Shown: piece after piece, positions 14,828 through 28,375 of the stretch | Layout of the letters: each line of letters opens with the position of its first letter | Position numbering within the stretch: the stretch's first letter is position 1 | From: Eledone cirrhosa | Taxonomy: Eukaryota | Assembly (NCBI GenBank): GCA_964016885.1 | Contig: OZ024750.1 | Span: 7,378,001-7,442,000, forward strand | Direction of reading: 5' to 3' | DNA: 64,000 nucleotides | The notes under the pieces: model-generated | Told to the model about the DNA's origin: nothing | Databases searched by the model: none | What the model saw: the letters and a program-made list of their open reading frames with translations, nothing else | Position numbers and translations under genes: made by a program

Positions 14828-15181
14828 TGTTCCATCTACCGAGTTATTATTATTTTTATATGAGCCGCCAGTGTTCGCGCATTGCCTGGAGACTTAGCTG
14901 AGAATAGACTCCCTGATGACACAATGAATTCTCGACAGTTAGATTACGTAACTGTCTTTATCCCATTGCAGAAACTAATTAGTTGGAGTGAAAATTTAAG
15001 TAAGTAAGTAAAAAATTTTTGAAAAAAATTTTTTGAAAAAGATTTTCTTATTTTACGTCTTTTATATTATTGTTCTGCATCCTCCTGCATTGAACCACCT
15101 AGGTACTATGACGTAACCTGTGTATTTGCTGGCATGGGCGTGCATCTGTGCGCTTATGTTAGTTGATATATTAAATTATCT
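14826..15181 (+). mobile_element. Penelope-like pLTR/retrozyme-type remnant inserted in (TA)n
   Basis: Bounded by (TA)n on both sides, contains the hammerhead at 14908-14989, and its 3' ~150 bp is nearly identical to 9440-9592. Confidence 0.65.
14908..14989 (+). ncRNA. Type I hammerhead ribozyme motif in a (TA)n-flanked element
   Basis: Stem I ACTCC/GGAGT; core CTGATGA (14913-14919); stem II CAATG/CATTG with inner hairpin GACAGTTA/TAACTGTC; GAAA (14971); palindromic stem III ACTAATTAGT; triplet GUU. Two mismatches at the base of stem II. Confidence 0.72.
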
Positions 15182-15414
15182 ATAAATATATATATATATA
15201 TATATATATACATAAATAAATATACATATATATATGTATGTATATCACCACCACCTCCACCTCCTCTTCCATCACCACCATCACCACCACCTCCACCTAC
15301 ACTTCCATCACCACCGTCACCACCACCTCTTCCATCACCACCATCACCACCACCACCAGCCCCTCTTCCATCACCACCACCACCACCACATCTTCCTCCA
15401 CCTGTCCTCACATT

Positions 15415-15448
<34 letters not shown>

Positions 15449-15929
15449 CAGGCACAGACACACACACATGTACACCTGCAGGCACACACGAGTATACATA
15501 CACACACCCACACACACACTCATGTTCATGTACACACACATACACACACCACAAGTATCCACACAACACACATATATATGCTCATCAAACACAAAAATAA
15601 TCAGGCATGCACATATGATTGTTTGTTCATACATGCATAAACAGATGCATCTATATTTATATGCACATATGCATTTAGAAGATTTTTTTCAATAAAATCT
15701 TTTGATGTTTAACATCCATTTTCCTATGTTTGCATGACAATGGATGGCTATTTTGAGTGCAGTTGTTTTTACAGTTGAATGCTTGTCACAATGTTGTTCA
15801 GTGAACCTTGCAGAACCTGTTTTTTTATTCTCTTGTTTTCATTTTGTTATATGTTAGTGATGGTAGAAGAAACAGAGGCCATGATCTTTGTAGACCCTTC
15901 TAGACTTGAGAGCTTGGTGTGTCTACCGT

Positions 15930-16215
15930 CCACCTTAAACATCCACAGTGTCTAATGTTCAGCTTAAAGATCACAGATCATTGTCTAATGCCCAGTTTAA
16001 ACACCCACAAATCAGTGTCAGTGCCCAGCTTAAACATCGGCAGATCAATGGCTGATGTCCAGCTAAAACATCCTCAGATCTGTGGCTGATGTCCAGCTAA
16101 AACATCCTCAGATCAATGGCTGATGTCCAACTTAAAGATCCTCAGATCTATGTCAAATGTCCAGCTTAAAGATCCAGAGATCAGTGGCTGATGTTCAACT
16201 TAAAGATCAAACATA
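15930..16215. repeat. Diverged ~32-34-bp tandem repeat
   Basis: Repeated GATGTCCAGCTTAAA.ATCCTCAGATC..TGGCT. Confidence 0.8.
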
Positions 16216-16454
16216 TTAGAAGCAAAGTAAAAAACCTCACACATGTACCTGCATACATAACATGCATGTAGACATGTGCGAATACTACATATATATAAAT
16301 ATACATATATACATAAATATATAAATATACACCCATACACATACATGAAAACATATGCATAAACATTTAATAATATTGTCAATTATTTCATTACTAAGAT
16401 GGTAACTTAAGATCTGGTTCTTCTATAAAATTATGCTGGAAATTCTTAATTTAA

Positions 16455-16748
16455 CCCTTTAGCATTTAAACTGGCCATATCCGGCCAGAATTCTCTCACC
16501 TCTTTCTGTTCAAACAGGCTGTAACCAGCCACTTATACTGATGTTAAGATATTGTTCTCAAAATAAATAATATCAAAATCTCATAGATTCAGTATTATGT
16601 GAGATAATTATGTAAGATAGAGCCTTTACTGCAAAAATATAATTGTTTCTACTTTAGGCACAAGGCCAGCAATTACCCAGTGCATTACTGGTACTTTATT
16701 TTATCGACCCCGATAGTATATATATAGAGTAATGTAAATGCTAAAGGA
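16455..16748. mobile_element. piggyBac-like MITE copy containing a SINE fragment
   Basis: TTAA-flanked, opposite orientation; SINE 3' fragment at about 16641-16712. Confidence 0.7.
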
Positions 16749-17460
16749 TTAAATAGAAACACTTTAAAATGGGTGACTTTATTTCATAGAACCAAAGTTG
16801 GTTTTGGCTGGGTTGGGAACTAAGGGATTGAAAGACTCTTGCCTAGGATAAGGTGACAGATAGTGGAGTCAAACCTAGAACCACATGATTGTGAAGTGAA
16901 CTTTGTAATCACAAGGCCATATCATGGAGCCATGGACACACACACACACACATATATATGCAGAGAGAGAGAGAGAGATGCACACACACACACACACAAA
17001 CACACAGACACACAGATGCATACTCACACACACACACAAATAAGCACATAGACAGAGACACACTCATACACACATACACACACACAGACACACATAGACA
17101 CACACACAGACCTCCCCCCACCACCACAAATACACACACACACACACATAGACCCCACACACACATAAGCAGATAATCCATAGCTCCCCAAGGTCATGAT
17201 TGCTTCATTAAAAACAATAACAACCAATTGACATTTGCGATGTTTATATGATTCTTGACCGACCCAAACTCCTGCTCCTCACTCCTCCTCCGACAAACCC
17301 ACAAAGAAATATAAAAAATGACAGTATAATGTCAACAAAACAAATGCCATAATATAGGCAACTGGAAGAAAGAAAATCTAATATTTAAGATTGAAATGAC
17401 TGATAAGTTCCACTTTGGTTTAATCTGGCATTTGAGGAAAATATTTAGAAAATTAACAAA

Positions 17461-17850
17461 TAATTGTTTCTATTTTTGGCTCAAGGCCAGCAATTATCCC
17501 AGTACATTACTGGTACTTTATTTTATCGACCCCGTAAGGATGAAAGGCAAAGTTAACCTCGGCAGGATTTGAACTCGGATCATAAAGGGCCGTAACTCTA
17601 TGCGTCAAAGCATGGCGTCCGACCCTCTACCGATACTACCAATCCACCGTTTCTTATATAGGCACAAGGCCAGCAATTTTCGGGAGGGGGAAGTTGATTA
17701 AATCGACCCCAGTGTGTGACTGGTACTTTATTTTATTGACCCCGTAAGGATGAAAGGCAAAGTTAACCTCGGCAGGATTTGAATTCAGACCGTAAAGGGG
17801 CGTAACTCTATGCTGCAAAGCATGGTGTCCGACCCTCCACCGATACTGCT
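17461..17850 (-). mobile_element. Two tandem Nin/Deu-type SINE copies
   Basis: Two consecutive reverse-strand matches to the 904-1098 family. Confidence 0.8.
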
Positions 17851-18986
17851 GTTGCAAATATAGTATTTTTATAACTACCCCCTTCTCTCTCTCCCTTCTT
17901 TGCCTTCCCTTCCTTTTCTGCCCCACTGTTAGTAATATCATCATCATCACCATCGTTGTCATCATCATCATTATCAACATCATCATCATCATCATCATCA
18001 TTGTTGTCATGTCATTATCATTATCATCATCCTCATCATGATTGTCATCATCACCACCACCACCACCACCATGACCTTCACACACATACACACACAATTA
18101 TATAGAAACATAGACACACATACACACACATACACACACATACACACACATACACACACATACACACACACAATTATATAGAAACACACCAATTGCAATA
18201 TTCAGTTAGATATTCATTCAGCCTTTCTAAAAAAAAAAAAAAAAAATCCAAACAAAAAAACAACAAAAATTCAAAACACACACCAAAAAAAACAACAACA
18301 AAGGCTCCCAACAAACAAACAAACAAACCCTCCCCCCAAAAAATCAAAAGACACACACCATAAAAAAAAGACCCCAACAAACAAACCCTCCACCAAAAAA
18401 TCATACAAACATACCATTATGTTGTTTACCATTCTAAAATGCTGCACTTCTTAATTTTTCTAAATGTCTTGAAGAATCTGTTCAGCGAGGGGTAAGAATC
18501 GGTGTGGCGTACAACAAGTATACAAGTTTGACTCATAATCATTGACATATCCAACAAGAAAATGTTTTCAAGCACAAAATCAACATTTTGCTTTTGCAGG
18601 AATTTGTCATTTCAAAAGACTTTCTATTGGAGTAGAAAGTTTATTTCTTCTTCTTCTAGAATTATTGTTGTTTAGTGAGGGGGTGGGGTGGGGGTAGGTT
18701 TGTGGTGGTGGTGGTGGTGTAGGGGTGGAGATGGGTGGTGAGCGAGGTGGTGGTGGTGTGTTAAGGTGTTATTTTAATCTTACAAACTAGTTGGTTTAGT
18801 GAGGTGGGGGTGGAAGCGGCGTAGGGGTAGGGTGGTGGTGGTGGTGTGTGGAGGGGTGGTGGTGGTGTGTTAAGGTGTTTGAATTACTGGATGGAAGTTC
18901 AAGAGTTAAAGAAAATATTGCTACAGTCATCTATTTTGGCCTTTAACTCTGGGCAGTTGTCAAATACGTGTTGTTTACTATTTCAC

Positions 18987-19044
<58 letters not shown>

Positions 19045-19545
19045 CTAGTGGTAGTAATAGCAGTAGTGGTACTAGTGGTAGTAATAGCAGTAGTGGTACT
19101 AGTGGTAGTAATAGTAGTAGTAGTGGTAGTAGTAGTATGTAGAGATGTCTATGTAGATATATATATGTAATTTCACTACTTACTTAATCATCTGAAAGTT
19201 GTCTTGAAATATCATATGTTGTTCTTAGAATTAAAAGAAAGTTCTGTTCCAAGCTCAGAAGCTCACCAGGCTTATACTTATCCTGCTTTAATTGTCAGTT
19301 TAAGCAGCTTAGACTACAAGACTCCTCTCTGGCCAGGCTGCTGGTCAATTGCAGGGTTGTAAAACATTGTAGAGATTTGCAATAGACTTTAAATTTTAAT
19401 GTGATGCAGTCATAGTTCTGCTTTGTACTTTTCAAGAATGTTTTGCTAATGGGTTTTAAAACAGTGCAGGATATTAAGTATTAACAAAAAAGGTTCTTAC
19501 ATAGAAATAGAATGGACAGTTGAGATTTAAATATGACCACTTTAA

Positions 19546-19765
19546 CCCTTTAGCATTCACATTACTCTATATATACTATTATATTTTCATGGTAAAGGCT
19601 TTACCTTGCATAATTATCTCACATAATATCGAATCTATGAGATTTTGAAAGTATTTATTTTGAGAACAATACCTTAACATCAGTTTGAGTGACCAGTTAC
19701 AGCCAGTTTCAACAGAAAAAGGTTGAGAATTCTGGCTGGTTTTGGCCGGTTTGAACATTAAAGGG
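19546..19765. mobile_element. piggyBac-like MITE copy
   Basis: TTAA-CCCTTTAGCATT...AAAGGG-TTAA; same internal sequence as the 11970 copy. Confidence 0.8.
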
Positions 19766-19873
19766 TTAAAGCAGATAGTATTTTGATAAAGTTATCTCTG
19801 TATAAATACAGAGTATGTAATCAAGACTGCAACAATGTATATATAGATATACACATTTTTAATATGAAGATAT

Positions 19874-20130
19874 GGAGGCGCATGACCTAGTGGTAAGGGT
19901 GTTGGACTTATGATCATAATGTCGTGGGTTTGATTCTTGGATTGGGTTGCGTGTTGTGTTCTTGAGCAAAACACTTCATTTTACGTTGCTCCAGTAAACT
20001 CAGCTGAAAATGAGTACCAACAATAGCTGGGGGTTTAACCTGTGAAGGACTGACATCCTTTCCAGGGTTGCTTCATGCCACAAAACCAGGATAAATACTG
20101 ACTTGATGAGCCTCTTGGCTTGAGAGAGAC
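19874..20130 (+). mobile_element. tRNA-derived CORE-like SINE
   Basis: GGAGGCGCATGACCTAGTGGTAAGGG head and TTGAGCAAAACACTT...CTCAGCTG segment; related copy at ~33725-34010. Confidence 0.7.
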
Positions 20131-21016
20131 TTAGTTTTTAGTTAGACAGGTAAACATGTCAGAAAATACGAATTGCTCAGTAAATAGAAATAATAATTAT
20201 TTTATCTCTACATCATAGAGAAACATTATATCATCATTATTTCAATTTACAGGGAAAATGGTATTTTCTGGCTTGTTTACATATTTTTAGAGGGTTTTAA
20301 ACCCCACTAATTTCTTTAGTCAAAACACAGCGAAAGCTTCTATTTCTACTAAAATTTCAAAAATATATATATTTATATACACATTGTTGCAGTCTTGGTT
20401 ACATACTCTGTATTTATATAGATATAACTTTATCATACACTTCAGCTGTTAACACACTTCTTAAATAATATTTTATCATACAATCAAGAACAGTTTCAGG
20501 TGACTTTATATTGAAAGGGTTAAAATCGTTATAAACCTTTTCTGTAAAGATAATCTCTGCAGTGCGTATATTTAGTAGAATTGTATGTTATGAATTGTGA
20601 AAAAGTCAACAAAAGACATCAGGTGAGAGACTTTATAAAATATTGTAATTGTTGTTTTATTTATCTTGTTAATATTGATGTGGTTTTAAGATTTACTTCT
20701 TCCATTTTCAGATATATTTAAAACAATTTCACTTTAACAAATCAATAACTTCAAGACAAATAAATTAAGGGAAAGTTAAACAAATCCCATCATTAGAAAT
20801 TGTTGCCGTGTTTTTCTATGTTTTTGTTCATATTATTATTGTTATTGTTATTATTAGGGAGGTGGATTGGCAGTATCGGCAATATAGTTATGGCCCTTTA
20901 CGTTCTGAGTTCAAATCCCGCTGAGGTTAACTTTGCCTTTCATCCTTACGGGGTCGATAAAATAAAGTACCAGTAATGCACTGGGATAATTGCTGGCCTT
21001 GTGCCAAAAATAGAAA

Positions 21017-21062
<46 letters not shown>

Positions 21063-22020
21063 GTGGTGGATTGGCAGTATTGGTAGAGGGTCGAATGCCG
21101 TGCTTTGCAGCATAGAGTTATGGCCCTTTAAGTTCTGAGTTCAAATCCCGCCGAGGTTAACTTTGCCTTTCATCCTTTCATCATTTCAAGCTTGTTGTAA
21201 ATTAGTGTTGAATATCGAATGTATCTAACAATTTGTAGCAGTAGATGAGGAAGATTAAGGAAGGCATCAATATAAGCAGTGAAAGCTTTTCTCAGGATAT
21301 TGAACCTCACAAAGGAGATAGCAAGACGCTGTTTTGGAAAAACTTGTCCAGCTTAAGCATGGAAGAGTAGATGTAAAAATACAGGATACTGGCCCTTACA
21401 AAGGATACTACAAGATGCTGTTTTGGAAAGAACCTGAGGTTGATAAAATAAAGTACCAATTGCTGGCCTTGTGCCAAAAGTAGAAACAATTATTATTATT
21501 ATTAATGGTGGTAGATTGGCAGTATTGCCAGAGCATTGGACACTGTACTGTGTGGCATAGAGTTACAGCCTTTTACATTCTGATTTCAAATCCTGCCGAG
21601 GTTAGCTTCTCATTTCATCCTTATAGGATTCAATAAAATAAAATACCAATAACGGACCAGGGATGATTTAATCAACTTCCCCTTTCCCTTCCCCCAAAAT
21701 TATTGGCCTTGTGCCTAAATCAGAAACCATTATTATTGAACTATTGATTAATCAATTATATTTCGATTAAGATTGAAATATTCTGATTAGATTTATTTAG
21801 CAGCATATTAAAAGGAGAGGAAATATCTGGTATATTTTCATATTTATTTTACATTATGTTTCTATTCTAATATAGACTCATAGCAAATTGACATTTACAG
21901 AAGTGAAAATGGCTGGAGGAAAGGCTTTTCTTTTGGTCAGGCAAAATTGAAATGTTAGCAGCTTTGATATGATATTTCATCTATTCCATCACTGTTATAG
22001 ATTGATTTTTAAATGTCAGA

Positions 22021-22079
<59 letters not shown>

Positions 22080-22356
22080 TGATGATGATTATAAACATTT
22101 AGATAAATCTGATTAATCAATTGATAGGAAAAGAATATTTATATATAGTTATAAATGAATAATTATTTATATATAATGTATTTATATATAATCATCATCA
22201 TTGCCATTGTCACCATAATTGTCATCATCATCATCATCATCATCATCATCACCATCATCATTATCATCATCATCACCACCACAACCTCCAACTTGATCAT
22301 GATCATGATCATGATGATGATCATCATCATGATCACTACCACCATAATTGCCACCA

Positions 22357-22905
22357 TTTAAAACCCTAGTTTTTAGCTAGACCAAGAAACAACTGTATCT
22401 TCTATGTTTTAAAACCCTAGTTTTTAGCTAGACCAAGAAACAACTGTAACTCCTCAGTTTTAAAACCCCTGGTTTTAGCTAGACCAAGAAACAACTGTAT
22501 CTCCTCAGTTTTAAAACCCCAGTTTTTAGCTAGACCAAGAAACAACTGTATCTCCTCAGTTTTAAAACCCCAGTTTTTAGCTAGACCAAGAAACAACTGT
22601 ATCTCCTCAGTTTTAAAACCCTAGTCTTTAGCTAGACCAAGAAACAACTGTAACTCCTGAGTTTTAAAACCCCAGTTTTTAGCTAGACCAAGAAACAACT
22701 GTATCTCCTCAGTTTTAAAACCCCAGTTTTTAGCTAGATCAAGAAACAACTGTATCTCCTCAGTTTTAAAACCCCAGTTTTTAGCTAGACCAAGAAACAA
22801 CTGTATCTCCTCAGTTTTAAAACCCCAGTTTTTAGCTAGATCAAGAAACAACTGTATCTCCTCAGTTTAAAACCCCTGGTTTTAGCTAGACCAAGAAGCA
22901 ACTAA
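22357..22905. repeat. 51-bp minisatellite, about 10.5 copies
   Basis: Unit TTTTAAAACCCCAGTTTTTAGCTAGACCAAGAAACAACTGTATCTCCTCAG. Confidence 0.95.
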
Positions 22906-23131
22906 ATCTGCATTCCAGTTGTAGACTAGTTTAACCAATCCTTCACAATATAGTAGCAATGTATTTGTAACCAAGCCTGAAAATTAATTGGCAGAATTAC
23001 CCAGGGGAAATAAAATGAATATTCTCCTTCAATGGATTCCAGTTCGATTTTACTTTTATTTATAAGGGTTTTTTCTTTTATATTTACTCAATTTTTTTTT
23101 TTGATTTTGTTTGTTTTGTTGTTATTTGTTG

Positions 23132-23395
23132 TTAATGGATGGAATGAAAAGATGTATAAATATATAGTGAGATATAATTTGACTATTTTGTGATTGAAAA
23201 TAATAATCAAATACTTTAATGCTGCCTAATTAACTAAAAGGAACAAATTGGTTAATTTTATAGAAATAAAATTAACCAATTTGTTCCTTTTAGTTAATTA
23301 GGCAGCATTAAAGTATTTGATTATTATTTTCAATCACAAAATAGTCAAATTATATCTCACTATATATTTATACATCTTTTCATTCCATCCATTAA
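23132..23395. repeat. Perfect palindrome, 130-bp arms with 4-nt loop AGAA
   Basis: 23132-23261 is the reverse complement of 23266-23395; no mismatch was seen on reading. Confidence 0.95.
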
Positions 23396-23467
23396 TCTAT
23401 TTCTTTGACTCTTCCCATCTCTCTCTGTTTGTCTCTCTCTCCTATGATATATTTATATATACATAAA

Positions 23468-23610
23468 AAAATTTAACCCTGACGGTAGTGCTCAAAGTTG
23501 AGCTCTGCCGTCGGGGTTAAACATTTTCCTATTACTTACTCTACTACCCATAGTATTGAATACTCTGGTGCGTTATGGTCCATCTGGTTCCTTTCCACAA
23601 TTCCTTTCGT
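23468..23610. mobile_element. (TA)n-inserted fold-back element family, copy 2 (plus a fragment at about 23709-23776)
   Basis: TTTAACCCTGACGGTAGTGCTCAA-AG-TTGAGCTCTGCCGTCGGGGTTAAA followed by the shared arm ending at (TA)n. Confidence 0.7.
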
Positions 23611-23678
23611 TATATATATATATATATATATACCATCCTCATCATTGCTTTAAGTTCTGCTTTCCCTGATAGCAAGGG

Positions 23679-23710
<32 letters not shown>

Positions 23711-24339
23711 AACTAGAGTCTGGAACTACCTGTCGAAACGGCAAGAGCTCAGCTGTCGGGCCCCAACTCTTTCTAATATATATATATATATATATATAAT
23801 CATCTTCATCATAATTATTATCATAATGATAATCATCATCAACATCAGTTTTATGATGATGATGATGATAGTGATGGTGATGATGGTGATGATGATGATG
23901 ATATATGAGCAAGTATTATTTAATCATTACTAATAGTTTTAAAATTATTATGTCAGACAAATATGCTGTGATGATGATGATGATGATGATGATACATCTG
24001 TCTTAAACAATACTTTCAAAAGTATTAAGAGTGATTAAATAATATTTGTTCTCTCTCTCCCTCCCCCTCTCTCTCTACCTATCTATCTATCTTTCTCTCT
24101 CTCACACACACATGCACAAATTCTCACATCATAAATACATGCACAAGTGTGCGCGTATCTGTGTGTGTGTGTATGTGTATGTGTGCGCATGTATGTGTGT
24201 GTGTGTATGTGTATGTGTGTTAAGAGTGATTAAATAATATTTGTTCTCTCTCTTTCTCCTTTTCACACACACATATACACACATGCACAAATTCATGTAT
24301 ATATATGTATAGATCCATGTCTATGTATATGTATAAGTG

Positions 24340-24371
<32 letters not shown>

Positions 24372-24784
24372 ACGAACATACATACATATATATATATACA
24401 TACAAACAGACATACATATATATATATATATACATACATACATACATACATACATACAAACATACATACATATATATATATATACATACATACATATATA
24501 CATGCATATATGTATACATACATATATGTTTAGATTATGAAGACTTAACTGACTCTTTAGCCCAGCTGTTAAATCTAACCGCATGCAATCTGGTTATATT
24601 TCAGTAACTATGTATATCTCCATAAGTTCCCACTAGATGTCACTGTTTCATCATCTATAATATCTCTACTGTTCCATTTTTATCTATTAATATTTTCTTA
24701 ATAAACCAAGGCATATATTGGTATCTACCTGTTTATGATAGTGTCAATAAAGTTAGGACTCCATGTTGTCCAGAAAGTAATAAT

Positions 24785-24975
24785 TCCATAGATGAGTTGA
24801 GAGAGAAACTGTGTACAAGAGGGATAAGTTGTAGTGTGCAGGAGAGAAGACTGCGATAGTATGGACATGTGATGTGCATGGAGGATGACTGCTGGGTAAA
24901 GAAGTGTCAAGAAATCTCAGTAGAAGGAAGATGCAGTAGAGAAAGACCACGAAAAACAAGGGCGGAGATGATGAG
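24785..24975 (+). mobile_element. Degenerate RTE LINE fragment
   Basis: Nucleotide similarity to 57360-57540 (GAGAGAAACTGTGT...TATGGACATGTGATG...AGACCACGAAAAACA). Confidence 0.75.
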
Positions 24976-25035
24976 AGCATATTGTTGGTATTGGGTGGTG
25001 AATCACATTAGACCTACTAGATGTAAAGTCTAGAT

Positions 25036-25326
25036 CAGTCATGGGCAATCTTCGGCCCACGAAGCTTTCTGAATGGCTCGCCTAAGTCGCCTAAGTGAAA
25101 TCTTCCTGATTTTTTTACCCCAACTTTTCAGTTGTAATTTATCTTTCTATCATTTTTACAATTGAGGAAAATAACGTGTACGAATTTTGAAGAAACAAAT
25201 TAAAACAAACTAAGTTACCACCCCTTTTTTTAATGTGGGCACAAATGTAAATTAGCGCTTGCGGCCCACCTGATGAAGAGCCATATCTCATGTGGCCTGA
25301 TTATCGAAAAAGATTCCCCATGCCAG
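25036..25326. mobile_element. hAT (Charlie-like) MITE
   Basis: Imperfect TIRs CAGTCATGGGCAATCTT / AAGATTCCCCATGCCAG; exact 8-bp TSD GTCTAGAT at 25028-25035 and 25327-25334. Confidence 0.88.
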
Positions 25327-26346
25327 GTCTAGATATTTAAAGTTGGAGTTGGTATCATGGAACTTGCAGTAAAGCACTAATCTCAATGATTATATTAGAC
25401 CAACCAGATATAAAGGCGAGATGTTTAAAGTTTAATTTCATGCAGTCTTTTAACAGTTTCTCCAGTATGTCAGAATGTTAATGTTTTCTTGATGTTCAAT
25501 AATAAATGATTTTCTGTTTATCAGTTTGTGTTGTATCCTTTTTTGGCAGGCAGCCCAGGAACCTGAAAAGAGCTTCTAAATGCACCAGGACCAAAAAAAG
25601 ACTTGGGAATAGCTGCTCTTCACAACATTGGAAACAACCAAAACAATACAAAAAAACAAAACAAAAAAAAAACACAGAACCAACCTAATCCCCGAACAAT
25701 AATAACTAATGTAGTTTACACACAGAATTCTATGTCTCTAAACGGTAATATTGGAAACATTTCAGGAAGATGGTTACACAGTAGAAAGTTGTATAGAGAT
25801 ATTGAGAACATAGCAATAATAATAATTGTTTCTACTTTTGGCACAAGGCCAGCAATTATCCCAGTACATTACTGGTACTTTATTTGATCGACCCCGAAAG
25901 GATGATAGGCAAAGTTAACATCGGCGGGATTTGAACTCGAACCGTAAAGGGATGTAACTCTATGCTGCAAAGTATGACGTCTTACCCTCTACCGATGCTG
26001 CCCTCAACAGCAATAACAATGATTTCTACTTTAGGCACAAGGCCAGCAATTTTTGGGGCGGGGAAAATCGATTAAATCGACCCCTGTGTATTACTGGTAC
26101 TTTGATGAAAGGGAAAGCTAACCTTGGGTACTGAAGTGTTTGGTATTTTACTTGATGATGATGATGGTGGTGGTGATGATGGTGATGATGATGACAATGA
26201 TGAAGATGATGACAACAATGATGATGATAGTGATAATGTTGATGGTGGTGGAGGTAGTGATGATGAAATTGATGTGATGGTGGTGGTGGTGGTGGTGGTG
26301 ATGATGACGATGAGGCTAATGATGATGATGATGGCAGTGGTAGTGG

Positions 26347-26380
<34 letters not shown>

Positions 26381-26518
26381 AAGGATAATGATGATGGTGG
26401 TGGTGGTGATGATGAGGGTGATTATGATGAAGACGATGATGATGATGGCAGTGGTGGTAGTGGTGGTGATGATGATGATGATGATGATGATGATAACGAA
26501 GACGACGATGAAGATGAA

Positions 26519-26550
<32 letters not shown>

Positions 26551-26823
26551 CAAAGCAATCAGTAATCAGTAAATGATACACAAATCAATGAGAGATACAC
26601 AGAAAGTTATCTGAATTGATTAAGTGTAAAATTGCAGAAAGAGCTGAAGAATATGAAGAGTACCAATCCTAGGAAGAAGTCGTAAGACATCATTTACTAA
26701 TGACTCTCAAGAGTTTGATGCTCCAGCAATTAGTCACAAACAATTAATTCTTTGTTCCACCATTTTAAAATATAGAAAAACCATCAAATCGTAAATAAAG
26801 AATTAGAGAGAGAAAAAAGAAAA

Positions 26824-26899
<76 letters not shown>

Positions 26900-27699
26900 A
26901 TGTATATATATATGTATATATGTATATATGTATATATGTATATATATATATGTATATATGTATATATATATATATGTATATATGTATATATGTATATATA
27001 TATATATGTATATATGTATATATATATATATGTATATATGTATATATGTATATATATATATATATGTATATATGTATATATGTATATATATATAAAGGTA
27101 AACATTTGAAGAAAAAACAAAAATAAAAAAAAAATTAAAAAACTAATATAAAGAAATTTGAAATTTATAAAATAAAATATTTTATTTTTTGTTGTTGCAA
27201 ATATGTTATTTCTATCATTAAAAGTATTTAAAACAATTATAATGGTGATGATGATGATGGTGATAGTGGTGATGGTGGTGACGGTGATGATGGTGATGGT
27301 GGTGACGGTGATGATGGTGATGGTGATGATGGTGTTTATGATGATGATGGTGATGATGGTGATAATGGTGATGATGAAGGTGATGATGGTGGTGATGATG
27401 ATGACAATGGTGGTGATGATGATGATGATAATGGTGTGGTGGTGGTGGTGGGGGAAGGGTGCTATACAACAAATAGATTTATAAATTTCTTCCATTTCTT
27501 CTTTGCCCACTTATTATCTGAGAGGAGGCCGGGGCCGGGGTCAGAGTCCTGAAACACTCCTCCCAGCGGGTCCTGTCCGAAGCAACCCTCTCCAACTGAT
27601 CCAGCAGGATCCCTAAGCAAGACCAGCCGAAATAATGGATGTTATCCAACCATCTTGCTCAAGACATACTCCATCTAATATATTCTTTGTACAGAAGTG

Positions 27700-28210
27700 T
27701 CATCATCCATCATCCATCATCATCATTGTCACCACCACCACCACCATCATCATTATCATCATCATCATCATCAGCATCGCCATCACCCCCACTACCACCA
27801 TGATCATCACCACCACCACCACCACTGTCATCATCAACTTCGTCACCACCACCACCACCACCACTGTCATCATCAACTTCGTCACCACCACCACCACCAC
27901 CACCACCACCACCACTGTCATCATCAACTTCGTCACCACCACCACCACCACCATCATCATCACCGCCACCACCACCACTGTCATCATCAACTTCGTCACC
28001 ACCACCACCACCACCACTGTCATCATCAACTTCGTCACCACCACCACCACCACCATCACCACCACCACCATCATCATCACCGCCACCACCACCACTGTCA
28101 TCATCAACTTCGTCACCACCACCACCACCACTGTCATCATCAACTTCGTCACCACCACCACCACCACCACCACCACCACTGTCATCATCAACTTCGTCAC
28201 CACCACCACC

Positions 28211-28241
<31 letters not shown>

Positions 28242-28375
28242 CCACCACCACTGCCACCACTATTATCATCAACTTCGTCACCACCACCACCACCACCATC
28301 ATCATCACCGCCACCACCACCACTGTCATCATCAACTTCGTCACCACCACCACCACCACCACCACCACCACCATC
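27700..28375. repeat. Higher-order repeat: TGTCATCATCAACTTCGT + (CAC)n units
   Basis: About 9 recurrences of the fixed motif separated by variable-length (CAC)n. Confidence 0.9.

Noticed and set aside
25270-25312. CTGATGA...GAAA hammerhead-like words
   Set aside because: Inside the hAT MITE; stem II is not adjacent to the core and there is no stem I or III.
27825-28375. Fixed motif separated by variable spacers (CRISPR-like)
   Set aside because: The spacers are only (CAC)n/(CAT)n of variable length; this is a higher-order microsatellite.
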